The translations under genes were made by a program, and so were the position numbers. Positions 63,973 through 64,000 of a stretch of DNA of 64,000 nucleotides are shown here, piece by piece. Origin of the DNA: a virus (lineage: Duplodnaviria; Caudoviricetes); IMG/VR virus record IMGVR_UViG_3300033066_002431, positions 1 through 64,000 of that record. One strand, given 5' to 3'. Position 1 is the stretch's first letter, and every line of letters starts with the position of its first letter. The notes under the pieces are model-generated. The model made no database searches, was not told the origin of the DNA, and saw only the letters and a program-made list of their open reading frames with translations.

Positions 63973-64000
63973 GAGGGGCCGGGGGGCTCGTCCGGGGGGA

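Noticed and set aside
1-64000. tRNA, rRNA, CRISPR array, DGR (TR/VR plus RT), invertase, intein
   Set aside because: No cloverleaf with T-loop context, no regularly spaced repeat-spacer units, and no RT, serine recombinase or intein motifs seen by eye; tRNAscan and CRISPR finders would be needed to exclude them fully.

Overview
The window is a 64-kb segment of a GC-rich (roughly 70% by eye) tailed phage or prophage genome, open at both edges. (1) 1-13.6 kb, + strand accessory arm: TerS-like gene, HTH regulators, a 5'-broken DHFR, a LexA-like DNA-binding protein, an Rnl2-type RNA ligase and a DNA polymerase III beta clamp homologue. Most of these genes start from a repeated leaderless promoter motif. 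(2) 13.7-45.6 kb, + strand virion module: TerL, three fibre-like genes, DUF935 (Mu gp29-like) portal, an InPase-domain gene and a Dps gene where MuF usually lies, HK97-type protease/scaffold, decoration protein, major capsid protein and neck. A Mu-like contractile tail follows (sheath, tube, frameshifted chaperone, tape measure, gp43-gp48-like baseplate, fibres). (3) 41.7-48.3 kb: lipoprotein and Cys-rich secreted-protein cassettes, one with Myxococcus-type Cys-rich repeats, which points to a Myxococcota host (inference). An antisense, truncated second copy of the head-tail adaptor also lies here. (4) 48.4-61.4 kb, - strand arm: truncated Dam, HTH/RHH regulator, DUF6094-like methyltransferase-SNF2 helicase fusion, ParB-like gene and many small ORFs, driven by a second promoter class. 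(5) 61.4-64 kb, + strand small ORFs behind strong promoters overlapped by a palindromic operator. I recognised no integrase, DNA polymerase, holin/endolysin, tRNA, rRNA or CRISPR array. All family assignments come from motif recognition by eye, not database searches.
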